Assembly: GCF_964204645.1 (NCBI RefSeq)
Contig: NC_134030.1
Coordinates: forward strand, 21,660,210-21,724,209
Origin: Tubulanus polymorphus
Taxonomy: Eukaryota > Animalia > Nemertea
Length of the DNA: 64,000 nucleotides
Reading direction: 5' to 3'
In this document: piece after piece, positions 1-17,383 of the stretch
Layout of the letters: each line of letters opens with the position of its first letter
Numbering within the stretch: the first letter of the stretch is position 1
The notes under the pieces: generated by a model
What the model saw: the letters and a program-made list of their open reading frames with translations, nothing else
Told to the model about the DNA's origin: nothing
The model's database searches: none
Program-made: the position numbers and the translations under genes

Positions 1-576
1 AAGGGGCACTGGTACTAAGATATAACCCTATGAATAATATTTGGGAAAAGGGCACTTTTCCAAAATTTCTTGGCAACTGCCCCTGCTAAATACGGACCCC
101 TGTTTCTATCTAGCACCGATTCAAAACAAACAACTATTAAACAAGCTTTATTATCTTTCGTTACAAACAGATACGTCTGAAATTGGTTTAACAAACGAAC
201 AACATTGATTAGGTTGGTTTACCGAAAAACTTTACAGGATTCATCCAATGAAAAATGTTGCAAATTCAATCATCTGTTGTCATAATTTACAATATTTTCC
301 AACAACATATTACTTGATCGATAAAAACCGAAAAAAATTGGACAATGACATCATGAGACCGAGGACACACTGCTCATATCGATAAAACCTTAATGAACAA
401 GTTAATCAGCATTTTATAAATCATTGAAAAACAACATTTTATTCAATTATACCTTGATGAAGACAATTTTGAGATACGAAAAAAACATATTGAAAAAATG
501 GACATCATAATAAGCAACGCCAAATTGTAAGTTTCTGCTGTGAACCATCAAAGAAATTTGAAAACGACTGATCTTC

Positions 577-698
577 GTCTGGCCTCTACCCCTAGACCTG
601 TCTGGTATGGTTGAACCTGCCAGGAGATATTATACCCCCACCAGCATAGCTCTCAGGATCATATGGAGGCACACAAGCTACTACACCACGTCAAGGTG
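577..698 (-). mobile_element. Conserved 5' region fragment of an RTE-clade LINE or RTE-derived SINE
   Basis: The minus strand reads CACCTTGACGTGGTG..GCTTGTGTGCC..GATCCTGAGAGCTATGCTGG..CTCCTGGCAGG..CCAGACAGGTCTAGGGGTAGAGGCCAGAC. This resembles, from memory, the conserved 5' UTR block of RTE/Expander-type elements. There is no ORF. Confidence 0.5.
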
Positions 699-825
699 TC
701 AGTCACGTAGTAGGAGACCGTTTATAAAGTTAGTTATATAGCAAAGCTATTTCAACAAAGAGTAAATAAAACCTTCAAAAATTTTCTTTTTGTGCGTGTA
801 CTTTACAAACGATCCCTTAGTAATT

Positions 826-1500
826 TAAGTCCTCATCTTCCATAAAACAATTATATTCACGTAAGTGAATCGGTGGGTGCTACTTCAATGAAAGCTTGGT
901 CTTTCATCAGTTATTTAAAGCATTCTATTAGTTATTATTTAGTATGTTTTTTTTAATTTAGTTGTTTTTGGTTTATGCATGAACTCATGAGTCCATGGTT
1001 TATGGTTATTTGTTTGTTTATTTTGTTTATTACTAACTGAGCTCATAGAATGCTTTAAAAATAACAACAGAAAAGATCTCGAGATGCTGGCGTACTTAGA
1101 GGAGGTTGTTTTATGATAATGAAGAACCTTATATACTAAACATGTTATAAAATTATGTTTTACATTCTTTTTAATTATAAAATACACAATACAAATACCA
1201 GATTTTAGTAAGTCCTCACATCCATAAAACAATTAGTATTCACGTGTAGAGTGAATCATCGGTGGACATTTCAATGAAAGCTTGATCTTTCATCAGTTAT
1301 TCATTCAAAACATTCTATCATATCAGCCATATTTCGGTGTGTTTAATTTAGTTTTAGTTGATGGTTATTTCTTTGTTTATTACTAACTGAGCCGATAGAA
1401 TGCTTTTAAAATAACAACAAGAAAAGATCTCAAGTTGCTGGTATACTTAGAGGAGGTTGTTCTATGAATGAATGGACCTTACGTATTTACTAAACATGGT
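826..1500. repeat. Diverged direct duplication of about 380 bp (about 826-1150 and about 1208-1500)
   Basis: Blocks such as TAAGTCCTCA..CCATAAAACAATTA, TTCAATGAAAGCTTG.TCTTTCATCAGTTATT and TTACTAACTGAGC..ATAGAATGCTTT occur twice in the same order. Confidence 0.8.
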
Positions 1501-1835
1501 ACATCATATTGATGAATATCTGATTACCTGGTAAAAGCCTGATTTATATCAATTGATATCGATTATATCCAGATTTCACACTCACATTTATTTAATTCCA
1601 TCACAATCATACCGCATTCACACTGTTAAAGGGGCCCCGTTTACAAAAGCGCTATAACGTCACTGCAGTTCCTGAATCATTGTTTATAATCCACTATCGT
1701 CTTTGCAGCTCCTGGATCAATGTTAATGAAATCCATGTTTGCAGCTCCTGAATCAATGTAGAAACTATCACCATAGAAGAAATCCACGGTTGAGTCTCGC
1801 TACAAGCTCCAGGATGAAGAAACTTGAGTTCATTT

Positions 1836-2560
1836 GAGTAGACCTGGAAATAGAAGAATCAGAGACGACAGAAGTATGTTGATTGTTGGGGGTTAGAGGC
1901 GAGGGTACTCGGGAGGGGGCGTTAGGAGGTCTTTGAGACTCCGGTGTTTGGTTTGTAGACAGTAGCTACCTGTTGGGAGTGAAAGAGGGTTTGATTATGA
2001 AATCGGAAATCGAAGTACAGATATAGTTGTGTGATCGGTAGTCAAATTTACAGAAATTGTCGGAAAAATCGAAGTACATACGGTAATTATTGAAAATTAT
2101 TGAAATCTACCCGGCAGCTAACCGTCAGGCCCATTATGATGACACAGAAATGATATATCAACTTAGCTTTATTCGTGATGCCAGGTTCAGTTTTGACGGG
2201 GCTCTTCAGGCTGGTGCTTGATGATGCTGTGGTGGCGTCTTCATGGGCTGTCTCTACGGCGGTTGAATCTGCGACATCTTTGTGTGTTGGATCTCGTGGT
2301 GCCTCGATGTCGGGTTGACGGAGGTCTTTGAGTAGACCTGGAAATAGAAGAATCAGAGACGACAGAAGTATGTTGATTGCAACTTCCCTAGCAGCTATCC
2401 CTCAGGGCTTGCATGATAACCCAGAAATGACAAATAAACTTAGCTTTATGTGATGTCTTCACGGGCTGTCGTCAGATCCCAGCGGCGGTTGAATTCCTGG
2501 AATCTTTTCTTTTTTCTTCGTCGTCTTCCTGGCATCTTCGTCATCGTTTTCTTCAGGTCA
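1836..2560 (-). mobile_element. Degenerate fragments related to the Neptune-type Penelope-like element at 18.0-19.1 kb
   Basis: GAGTAGACCTGGAAATAGAAGAAT occurs at about 1836, 2330 and 18617. The flanks also align (TCTTTGAGACTC..TGTTTGG and GGTGCCTCGA.GTCGGGTTGACGGAG). Confidence 0.6.
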
Positions 2561-2834
2561 ACCTGAAATGAGAGAAAAGAGAGAACGGAGATGAAAACCT
2601 GGTACGGAACAAAACTAATGTCCGAAAGCGTTGGCTCCCCGGCGCCGGTCACGTGCCGAGAACGACAGCTGACGAGTCAGCCAGGAAACACTCGTCCCTA
2701 CGTGCCTTCGCACGGGGAACGCAAACCAGGGCTCCAACACCTCACATTCACCTACCTACAGGATGTGCCGGGCAGCATCAATAACTGACACATCTACCAG
2801 ATCGCTAAAGACAAAAGAGAGTAGCGCTAACTGA

Positions 2835-3180
2835 GTCGAACTAGAGTTAACTAGTTGCCGATCGAGAACAAATAGAAGTGCCCGGAAAACCAAAGGTCAA
2901 CAATGGCCAGAACTAGAGTTAACTAGTTGCCGGAGAACAACTCAGGAGAGAAGTTCTGCCGGAAAACCAGGGCGACCAATGGCCAGAACTAGAGTCACTC
3001 TAGTTGCCGGAGAACAACTCAGGAGAGAAGTTCTGCCGGAAAACCAAAGGTCAACAATGGCCAGAACTAGAGTTAACTAGTTGCCGGAGAACAACTCAGG
3101 AGGGAAGTTCTGCCGGAAAACCAAGGCGACCAATGGCCAGTTAACTAGTTGCCGGAACACAACTACAGTCCTGCCGGAAG
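2835..3180. repeat. Tandem repeat, unit of about 78 bp, about 4 copies
   Basis: Repeated GAACTAGAGTTAACTAGTTGCCGGAGAACAACTCAGGAGAGAAGTTCTGCCGGAAAACC..CAATGGCCA. Confidence 0.85.
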
Positions 3181-4128
3181 GGTGACCAGTATCACACCAC
3201 TCAATCTTTTACCCTTAGTAATCCGATAGATTCGACAGTCATTGACGTCACTCAGTACACACTGTAGGCAGATAATGATGCGAGGCATTGTCGTCCTGGT
3301 TTGCATTCCCTGTGCGAGGGCACATAGAGACATTATTTCCTGGCCGACTCTTTCCTGACGTTCTTGACAAGTGACCGGCGAAGGGGAGCTGACGCTTTTG
3401 GACATTAGTTTTGTTCCAGCAAACGTTGAAATTCGACAGAGAAATCGGCCCTGAAAAATAGAACGGGTTAAAGCTGAAAAATAGAACGGATTAATTAACA
3501 CAGAACAGTACAGGACAGCACGGAGACGAACAGTAACACATAAAACATAAAGACGTCGTTCCTCAGGAAGCAGGAACAGGAGCGGGAGCGGGAGCGCAGC
3601 GAAGATCGCCAGGAGGAGAATCCACGGTAGCATGTTCACAGTGTGAGTAAGCTGAGGTGAATGACTGGCCTAGCGATTCTACTTACTGTCGACCGGTGGT
3701 GTATTTCAATATTGACCAATAGGCAGCCGCGCTGTTTGTCTCTTATTGTGAATGGGGGGTTTACTGAAGTTTGCGGAACGTTACGCCGAGTACACACGCG
3801 ACGTCACCTCTGTATACATCCAGCATATAAACCAGACACGGGTCCCATTCAGATATTGATCTATAGAAATATCTCTGAATTGTCGAAGTAACCGCATGAT
3901 AAAACACTGGACGCGGCGTCACCTTTATACACTCGGCATAGGCCTATACTATAGTATATGGCATAATCTTTAGCTAGGCCACGCAAAGAAATACCCTGTT
4001 TCTCATCAGCTTTTTTGGAAAAGTGACGAGGTTGGCAGGTTTTTATTTTGACCCTTCTTTAAAATGTAAATAAAAAGCCTCATTCAAAATTCCAGAAGTG
4101 ACGAGGGTCTGGAATTCCTCAAGGGCCA

Positions 4129-4255
4129 TACGACTTACGAGTTACGAATTACGAGTTACGTTTTACGAATTACGACTTACGTTTTACGAGTTACTAATAC
4201 ATTTCCTTCAATACGTTACGACTTAAGATTTACGACTTACGTTTTACGAATTACA
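4129..4255. repeat. Heptamer tandem repeat (TTACGAN/TTACGTT)
   Basis: TTACGAC, TTACGAG, TTACGAA and TTACGTT units are directly visible. Confidence 0.85.
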
Positions 4256-4659
4256 CGGCTTCAGATCCGAAGGGCGCGTTATTCAAAAAACGGGACTTCG
4301 GAATGAACTCGAATTGTCATTCCAAACAGAATAATAATTAACAAAAGTATCTATTGTAGATAGTGAGATCACGGCAGAAAATCCTGCGCGGTGACCAGCC
4401 GGTCGGTACGGCGTCAAAATCTATCAAATGTTGACAAAATTAAATTACGCACACTGCGCACGAGACGATCTTCATTTCAATAGACTCTTAGCTGGAAATG
4501 ACTTTTTAAAAGCCACGGGGCGGTGATATAATTTGACCCTCAGTGATCCCGATCCCTATAAAACAAGTCTTTTTTATGTTTTCAACAATTTAGAAATGTT
4601 TATCTAAGGTAGAAAGTCTAGATAATTCAAAATCCAAAGAAGCAAAAACAGTACAAATC

Positions 4660-5085
4660 TCATTTTAATAATATGTATTATATTAATTCTATCGAACGTT
4701 TTCGGGAGTTACATTATCCCTTCTTCAGGCATAGCGCAAGTGATTACATTTACATATCATACTGGTATTTATATAGAATAAGACGAAGTTAATTACAAAC
4801 AATTTCAAATTACTGAGTTACAGGATAATTATGATATAAAGATAATTTATTACACACAATATGAATTACTGAGTGAAGATATTTGACTAGTAGTTAATTA
4901 TCTAAAAACATTGAGAATGAATCCTGACCCGTGTTCGAATAGTTGTTGTTGATTAAGGGAGGGCTGTTGAGTTTTGATAAAAAGTGCTTTTCTAATTTTG
5001 CAATTTAAATCAGAAGATCCTTTATCTAGAATTTTGAAATTCTTTTCGCTTAACGAGACCTGACAGTCACGGCAATTTGACAGAT
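4660..5085 (-). mobile_element. 3' fragment of a Penelope/Poseidon-type retroelement (GIY-YIG C-terminus plus 3' region with hammerhead)
   Basis: 5083->4898 translates LSNCRDCQVSLSEKNFKILDKGSSDLNCKIRKALFIKTQQPSLNQQQLFEHGSGFILNVFR*. This is the FKIL..(E)ALFIK..PSLN pattern typical of the Penelope endonuclease end. Confidence 0.8.
4689..4734 (-). ncRNA. Minimal (Penelope-type) hammerhead ribozyme motif
   Basis: The minus strand reads CUAUGC-CUGAAGA-A-GGGA-uaauguaac-UCCC-GAAA-ACGUUC-GAUAG. It has the core boxes, stem II, the palindrome AACGUU and an imperfect stem I, and lies about 165 nt downstream of a Penelope endonuclease stop codon. Confidence 0.7.
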
Positions 5086-5412
5086 CATATTCGAGTTCTT
5101 GAATTTTACTAGGAAATAAAGTTTTAGTTTTTAGTTTTTAAAATGAAGTTAAACGCTTTCGGCGTTTAAAACATCCGAATTGATCGGATTCTATGATGGA
5201 CCAATTCAATTCAATTCAATACTTTATCGTTCCGTATGTATACAAGAAAACGCGTTGGTTACGAATACGATAAAGTAAACACAATATACATAATTATAGA
5301 AACAAATAAAAACAATTAGGCAGCATGAAATTTGAAGTAAGTGAGAATAAATTTAAAATAAACGTCGGACCGTCAACTAGCGCCACCTGCGTGAGACTGT
5401 ATGGTTGACAAG

Positions 5413-11152
<5,740 letters not shown>

Positions 11153-11712
11153 CACGTCTCAACGGCGACTTCTCCGGTGTAGAACCGCTTCCTGACGAGA
11201 CGCATTTCGGGAAGACATTTTTCAAAGCTATTTTTCGTGATAAGAATAACATGGATTTCTGTATGTGTGTATTAGTACGGTAATCGCTCGGAAATTTTAG
11301 ATCGATAATCGTTACTCCGGTAGATTGGCTCCTGACTTGCCGCGCGGTCGATTGGCGCGGATTATCGCGTGCTTTCACCATCGCGATTGCCGACGAGTTG
11401 ATTTCGTAGGATTCTCGCGTGACGCAAAATAATCAACATTGATTCTGGTTCGGTCGACATGGATTCTAGGAGTTATATCATTGAATCAATGTTCGCGGAT
11501 CATAAATCAATGTTAGTAGGATGTGAGTTATTAACATGCGAGCTAAATTTTCGTTCATTTCGCGGTGAGTTAACTCCGAGAGTTAAAGTCTCTCGACTCG
11601 AAAACCGTGGAACCGGATTCGGAATGTGTCTGTCTCGGAAAACAAATCGAGACAGAATCAGAACTTCGAGATGTATGTTATCGCATGTCCAGTAATTCAT
11701 GTGATAATGACC

Positions 11713-11955
11713 CGGGCCCAGTTTCACAAAAAGGATTAATCCCTAAATCGATTTAAGATAAACTAAATGAATGAAGATATTAAATCGATTTAAGAGTTAA
11801 ACCTTTTTCGTGAAACCGGGCCCAGGGCTCGGTTTCGCAAAAAAGTTATACTCAAATTTTTGGTGTAATTGCCAATGGTTACTTCATGTTTTCAACGAGG
11901 ACAACAATTCAAACTTAACCGTTTTAGGCTTAAACTTTTTCGTGAAACCGGGCCC
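11713..11955. mobile_element. Two adjacent short palindromic MITEs (GGGCCC..GGGCCC, PIF/Harbinger-like)
   Basis: GGGCCCAGTTTCACAAAAAGG..CCTTTTTCGTGAAACCGGGCCC is followed by GGGCTCGGTTTCGCAAAAAAG..CTTTTTCGTGAAACCGGGCCC. Confidence 0.65.
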
Positions 11956-12467
11956 AGTAGTCACTCGGAAGTCGATTGTGGTGAAAATTCAACATTGGTC
12001 CCGTGGAATCTGAGTCAACCTTTTAATGTTACTGAAACGCAACATTTTTTACGCCCGTTGTAACTCGATGGTTATGTGGACTTTTTTCGACGCAGTTATT
12101 AATTTTAATGTTTGTATTTTTTTCTACCCGGTCCGCGCGCGAGTCTATCTATATCTTGTGATGTAAAGTGAATCTGACTTTCTATCAATGCAAAAAAAAA
12201 CACTCAGTTTTTATTATTCGATGTTTTATGTTTGAAAAACAAATGTTAAATGTTATATATGTATAATTGTCCACTGAAATTATTTATATACGCACAGTGT
12301 GACTGTATCAAGATTTCGGAGTCTGTTGATTGACTCTTGAGTCAGTGGAAAAGTCCTGTTCACACGACTCCTCAATAGTCGGTGAGTTCTATTATATTGA
12401 CTCTCAGAGTCAGAAAATTCACGGAATAGTCGCGCTAAGATGACTCCAGATTCTGAGATAAGTCCCT

Positions 12468-12606
12468 GGGGCCGGTTGCAGAGTCATGGCTTTGACTTAA
12501 GACCAGTCTAAGACCAACTTAGTTCTATAGTCAATCGAACAACTTAAGACCAGTCTAAAGATTTAATACCACTTTTGGACTTAAGTCACGACTGTGCAAC
12601 TGGCCC
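12468..12606. mobile_element. PIF/Harbinger-like MITE with CWG target duplication
   Basis: CTG|GGGCCGGTTGCA..TGCAACTGGCCC|CTG. A near-identical copy at 26038-26175 is flanked by CAG/CAG. Relatives occur at about 28337-28660 (internally expanded), 52912-53040, 60058-60167 and 46940-47022. Confidence 0.75.
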
Positions 12607-13667
12607 CTGGAACTGAGTTTATATCAAAGTCGATGAAATTTCCCTGGAACTGGGTTCTATTGAGGTTCATGACTCTCTCAATACAGGGCTCCCATTGAAA
12701 TAACCGAAGTCATGTATGCATTCCAAATATTGTAAAATCTAGGTTGACTCAACAGTCTCAAGTTAGCTCATTTCTGATGTAAACATCTCCATTGCAGTAG
12801 TTATACATGTAGTTTGACTCCAAACAAGTGTTAAAGCTAGAGTCAAAGTTATAACTGTCTTACAGGGTTCTTACAGGTTTTAGAAAGTTTCGGAAAATGG
12901 GAATGTTTTTTTCCAGACCCTCGAAAATCTGTGGTATGTTTTTCTTTGCTCGTTGGCTATGGAAAAGAGAAGGAAAATTAGAAAATGGTCTCAAAACAAA
13001 ATGTTCCATCTATTTCGAATTTTAGTCTATGCGCCTAAAATTTGATAACAAACTTTATAAAAACACTTGGTCAATGGTATTGATGATTGGCACTTATTTA
13101 CTTTTAATGGGCCTATATTGCATGTTAAACGTTTTTTTTTTTATATCCTCAACCCGCTAAGCGCCGCGCAGGGAATTATAAGCGGGTTCGATGTTTCTTT
13201 TTTCCAATGGAGGAGAGACCAGGGAAGAACCTTCGACCAAGAAACTCTGTCGCCGCTGAACCCCGGATTGACGAAACCATTGACCGGGTTGGCGATATGT
13301 AACTTAGGGGTTCTGGAAAATTGTAGTTTGAATATGGAAAAGTTTTGCTGAATGAGATAATACACTTATGGCGATAAGGATGATGTTTAATTTAAGGGGT
13401 TTATGGAATTATTGTCATCTGAGTAATGAGATGAAATCAGGAAACTTGCAGGAACTCTGGTACGTATTTTGCGGTACTAGGGTTAGGGATAATAAGGTAT
13501 AGTTGTTGTTCCGGTAGTGGATCTAATTCATTTATTTATTGGTTTCATAATTTTTTTGATTTTTGATCCGTTCGTGGATACTCGATAGCGTGAAAGTAGG
13601 AAATGTATTTATATTCTTTGAGTTGGCGCGAAATCTGAAATAACCAACAGAAACAAGTACATGTATT

Positions 13668-14215
13668 TCCACAGTTGTCGTCTCTGGAGCAAGTTCCGCA
13701 GTTGTGATCTGTGCAGTCAATTCCACAGTTGTCTGTAGACACAGTTCCACAGTTGTGTTCTGTGCAGTCAATTCCACAGTTGTCTGTAGACACAGTTCCA
13801 CAGTTGTGTTCTGTGCAGTCAATTCCACAGTTGTCTGTAGACACAGTTCCACAGTTGTGTTCTGTGCAGTCAATTCCACAGTTGTCTATAGACACAGTTC
13901 CACAGTTGTGTTCTGTGCAGTCAATTCCACAGTTGTCTGTAGACACAGTTCCACAGTTGTGTTCTGTGCAGTCAATTCCACAGTTGTCTGTAGACACAGT
14001 TCCACAGTTGTGTTCTGTGCAGTCAATTCCACAGTTGTCTGTAGACACAGTTCTACAGTTGTGATCTGTGCAGTCAATTCCACAGTTGTCTGTAGACACA
14101 GTTCCACAGTTGTGATCTGTGCAGTCAATTCCACAGTTGTCTATAGACACAGTTCCACAGTTGTGATCTGTGCAGTCAATTCCACAGTTGTCTGTAGAGC
14201 AATTTCTGCAGTTGT
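13668..14215. repeat. 51-bp minisatellite, about 10 copies
   Basis: Unit CCACAGTTGTCTGTAGACACAGTTCCACAGTTGTGTTCTGTGCAGTCAATT. Confidence 0.95.
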
Positions 14216-14937
14216 GAGTTGAATTTGATAATATAGTCTAATAGTCACAAATAAAAACAATTTCAAGAAGAAGAAAGTTTTAAGTGGAAATTTTGGAACT
14301 GGTTGCCAGAGGGGGATTGGTTGAGTTGAATCTGATCTATTTAGATTGAAACCTTAATAAGTAGTAATTTAAACTGTCAACTGACGAAGAACAAACATGA
14401 TCGCACGACAAATTATTCAAGAAAAGTATATAATCCATATTTTATCGAGGGTTTTCCTCTGGTATCTTAGGTTCGCGAAGCTAGAAATCTGTAGAATAAT
14501 CCTTTAATCGTTTTGTTATGAAAAAACTCTCTTAGAAACTTATGTTTGTTTTGTAAAATTTGTTATCATTGCTAAATAAAGTTTTATAATATATATTGAT
14601 GAGAATTGTGAGAATTTGTGTCAGATTATTGTTTGATTGCGGAGGTTTTCTCTGGTTCATCTGTCCTTCCTTTAAATGGGCTTTTTGTGATGTTAGAATA
14701 TAGGGTGTCGTAGCATTGAGATTTTACCCCGTATTGGTGGCCAAACACAATGGTTAGTAGAATAACCACACTGAAACGTGGTGAACGGTTATTACCCACT
14801 ATGTACAAATTAAACATATTTTTATTTTTAAAATCGAGAATTTACTTTATCAAAAAATGAAAATACTCGGATGTTTCGATCTTACCCTAGATATCATCGT
14901 CAGGTGTGAACCTGAGCTTCAATATGTCGTGAGCTAC

Positions 14938-16035
14938 TTCAACTTCCACAGTTTTCGGTTCAGTGGACCCAGTCCTACTGTCCCAGACTCCACTTCCACA
15001 GTTTTCGGTTCAGTGGACCCAGTCCTACTGTCCCAGGCTCCACTTCCACAGTTCTCGGTTCAGTGGACCCAGTCCCACTGTCCCGGACTCCACTTCCACA
15101 GTTCTCGGTTCAGTGGACCCAGTCCCACTGTCCCGGACTCCACTTCCACAGTTCTCGGTTCAGTGGACCCAGTCCCACTGTCCCGGACTCCACTTCCACA
15201 GTTCTCGGTTCAGTGGACCCAGTCCCACTGTCTCGGATCCACTTCCACAGTTCTCGGTTCAGTGGACCCAGTCCCCACTGTCCCAGACTCCACTTCCACA
15301 GTTTTCGTTTCAGTGGGCCCAGTCCTACTGTCCCAGACTCCACTTGCACAGTTCTCGGTTCAGTGGACCCAGTCCCACTGTCTCGGATCCACTTCCACAG
15401 TTCTCGGTTCAGTGGACCCAGTCCCACTGTCCCAGACTCCACTTCCACAGTTCTCGGTTCAGTGGACCCAGTCCCACTGTCCCAGACTCCACTTCCACAG
15501 TTCTCGGTTCAGTGGACCCAGTCCCCACTGTCCCAGACTCCACTTCCACAGTTCTCGGTTCAGTGGACCCAGTCCCCACTGTCCCAGACTCCACTTCCAC
15601 AGTTCTCGGTTCAGTGGACCCAATCCCACTCCCGGACTCCACTTCCACAGTTCTCGGTTCAGTGGACCCAATCCCACTCCCGGACTCCACTTCCACAGTT
15701 CTCGGTTCAGTGGACCCAGTCCCACTGTCCCGGACTCCACTTCCACAGTTCTCGGTTCAGTGGACCCAGTCCCACTGTCTCGGATCCACTTCCACAGTTC
15801 TCGGTTCAGTGGACCCAGTCCCACTGTCCCAGACTCCACTTCCACAGTTCTCGGTTCAGTGGACCCAGTCCCACTGTCTCAGACTCCACTTCCACAGTTC
15901 TCGGCTCAGTGGACCCAGTCCCACTGTCCCAGACTCCACTTCCACAGTTCTCGGTTCAGTGGACCCAGTCCCACTGTCCCAGACTCCACTTCCACAGTTC
16001 TCGGTTCAGTGGACCCAATCCCACTGTCCCAGACT
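14938..16035. repeat. 50-bp minisatellite, about 22 copies
   Basis: Unit CCACTTCCACAGTTCTCGGTTCAGTGGACCCAGTCCCACTGTCCCAGACT with 48-51 bp variants. Each unit has a CAGTGG/CCACTG hairpin. Confidence 0.95.
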
Positions 16036-16227
16036 GTTTTTGTTCACTCTTTTAACACGAGTCAATTAAACTTTAAAAGAGAGGAAACTGGAGCTATTAT
16101 AACTGTGGTTTTTTAACTCTAGGGAATATTATTCAGAAAAGCATTTTCCCTCCGCCAAATATTACGACATATCTCTAGAGGCTTTAGATCTAGACAGTGA
16201 GACGTTAATCGCAACGCTGCGCTCTAC

Positions 16228-16568
16228 CATCCTCCCTCTGCAGGGACTCGAACCTGATGGCATCGCTACACTCAGCCACGGCACGAACCCCTGCATCAGT
16301 AGACCGGGTGCGCAGGTACATGCGCAGCTTTCCGAACGAAAACTGGCGGCACCAATCAGATTGCTCGTTGTATAATCGTTGAGGCAAATTTCAAGGAAGA
16401 ACTATAAATGGGAAAACCCGGGATAAAATAAAACGGGATTTCTGATTGGCTAAAAATCACATCATCTGAACTGCGCATGTATCTGCGCACACGGTCGATT
16501 ATGGCACTGGGTTTCGTGCCGTGGCAATCTCGATGCCATCAGGTTCGAATCCCTGCCGGGGGAGGATG
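16228..16568. mobile_element. Non-autonomous DNA transposon (MITE) with CAT..ATG termini, imperfect TIRs of about 100 bp and an 8-bp TSD (P- or hAT-like)
   Basis: The TSD CGCTCTAC is at 16220-16227 and 16569-16576. The TIR is CATCCTCCC..GCAGGGACTCGAACCTGATGGCATCG / CGATGCCATCAGGTTCGAATCCCTGC..GGGAGGATG. A second full copy is at 49636-49967. Confidence 0.85.
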
Positions 16569-16998
16569 CGCTCTACAAGCGGCGGTTTTGTCGTGGTACT
16601 GAATGTAGCCAACCCGGCAGATATCCTTAAAACACTTTACCACGAACCTTGCCGATGAGCGAGTCGTAATCGACCTGTGGGCTCAGTGACAAACAAATTT
16701 GCAATCGGCGGAAAATGCTCGACAAACGCTTAAGGAAATGATCTGTAGCGGTTTTTAGATTCTGGAGCATCGACGACAAAGATTCTTGAATCTACTACAC
16801 ATAATGAGATTAATGGAAAATGAAAATGCGCATGAATCGCTTTGTATGCGTGGCCACCGCCTTATTTTTCATCTAGCCCATCTACTTCCCTTTGACTCTT
16901 AAAATAGAAAAATACACGGACCCTTGTCCGTCACGGTCTTGGTACTCGCCTTGCTTAAGCACAGTAAAATCTACCTGTTTTGTAATAAATTATCGAGT

Positions 16999-17383
16999 CC
17001 AGTTGTCGGGTTGATTGCACCCTGCGCAATCGTTCTGATAGTCAACACGGGTAGGGGCCCTGGTCGTAACGACGTGACTTCGATAGCGTAAAAATCTAGG
17101 CGCCTCCATATCATCCTCGCCGCAGAAACAAGCGCTGAAAGGCGGCTCGAATCCGGGTCATTTCGACGAGTATAACATTCCTGATTCTAGAGATGCCCGG
17201 TTCGTTTTCAAGTGCGTTCCGTACGCGCTGCCAGATGCGTTAATTTGGGAGTTAGCGATGGATATCGCTGTGATCACCAGCGATTTAGATTCATGCGTTA
17301 ATTTCATGCTGTATTCTATTGTCAATAAACAGTTTCGACAAACTATGAAGCAAATGATAGCTGTAGCGGTCTTTAGATTGTGA
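16999..17383 (+). pseudogene. Rhodopsin-like (class A) GPCR pseudogene fragment, TM5 to helix 8
   Basis: With frameshifts it reads PVVGLIAPCAIVLIVNT (TM5), RKNLGASISSSPQKQALK, VISTSITFLILEMPG (TM6) and DIAVITSDLDSCVNFMLYSIVNKQFRQTMKQM (TM7 NFxxY variant plus the helix 8 FR motif). A related helix-8 remnant RQTLKEMI is at about 16720-16760. Confidence 0.7.

Noticed and set aside
1-530. Possible decayed Penelope GIY-YIG coding remnant (QVNQHF-like words on the + strand)
   Set aside because: It has too many stops and frameshifts to support without an alignment.
13144-13296. GC-richer segment with an AACCCGCT/AGCGGGTT hairpin, possibly a SINE fragment or structured RNA
   Set aside because: It is single-copy in the window, with no clear A/B boxes, tail or TSD.
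13532-16116. Cys-rich and Ser/Pro-rich repetitive ORFs up to 419 aa
   Set aside because: They are open in several frames on both strands because they are 51-bp and 50-bp minisatellites with frame-shifting unit variants.
16530-16560. tRNA gene suggested by GGTTCGAATCCC (also at 26293, 49942 and 63483)
   Set aside because: There is no cloverleaf, and the motif lies in MITE terminal inverted repeats.
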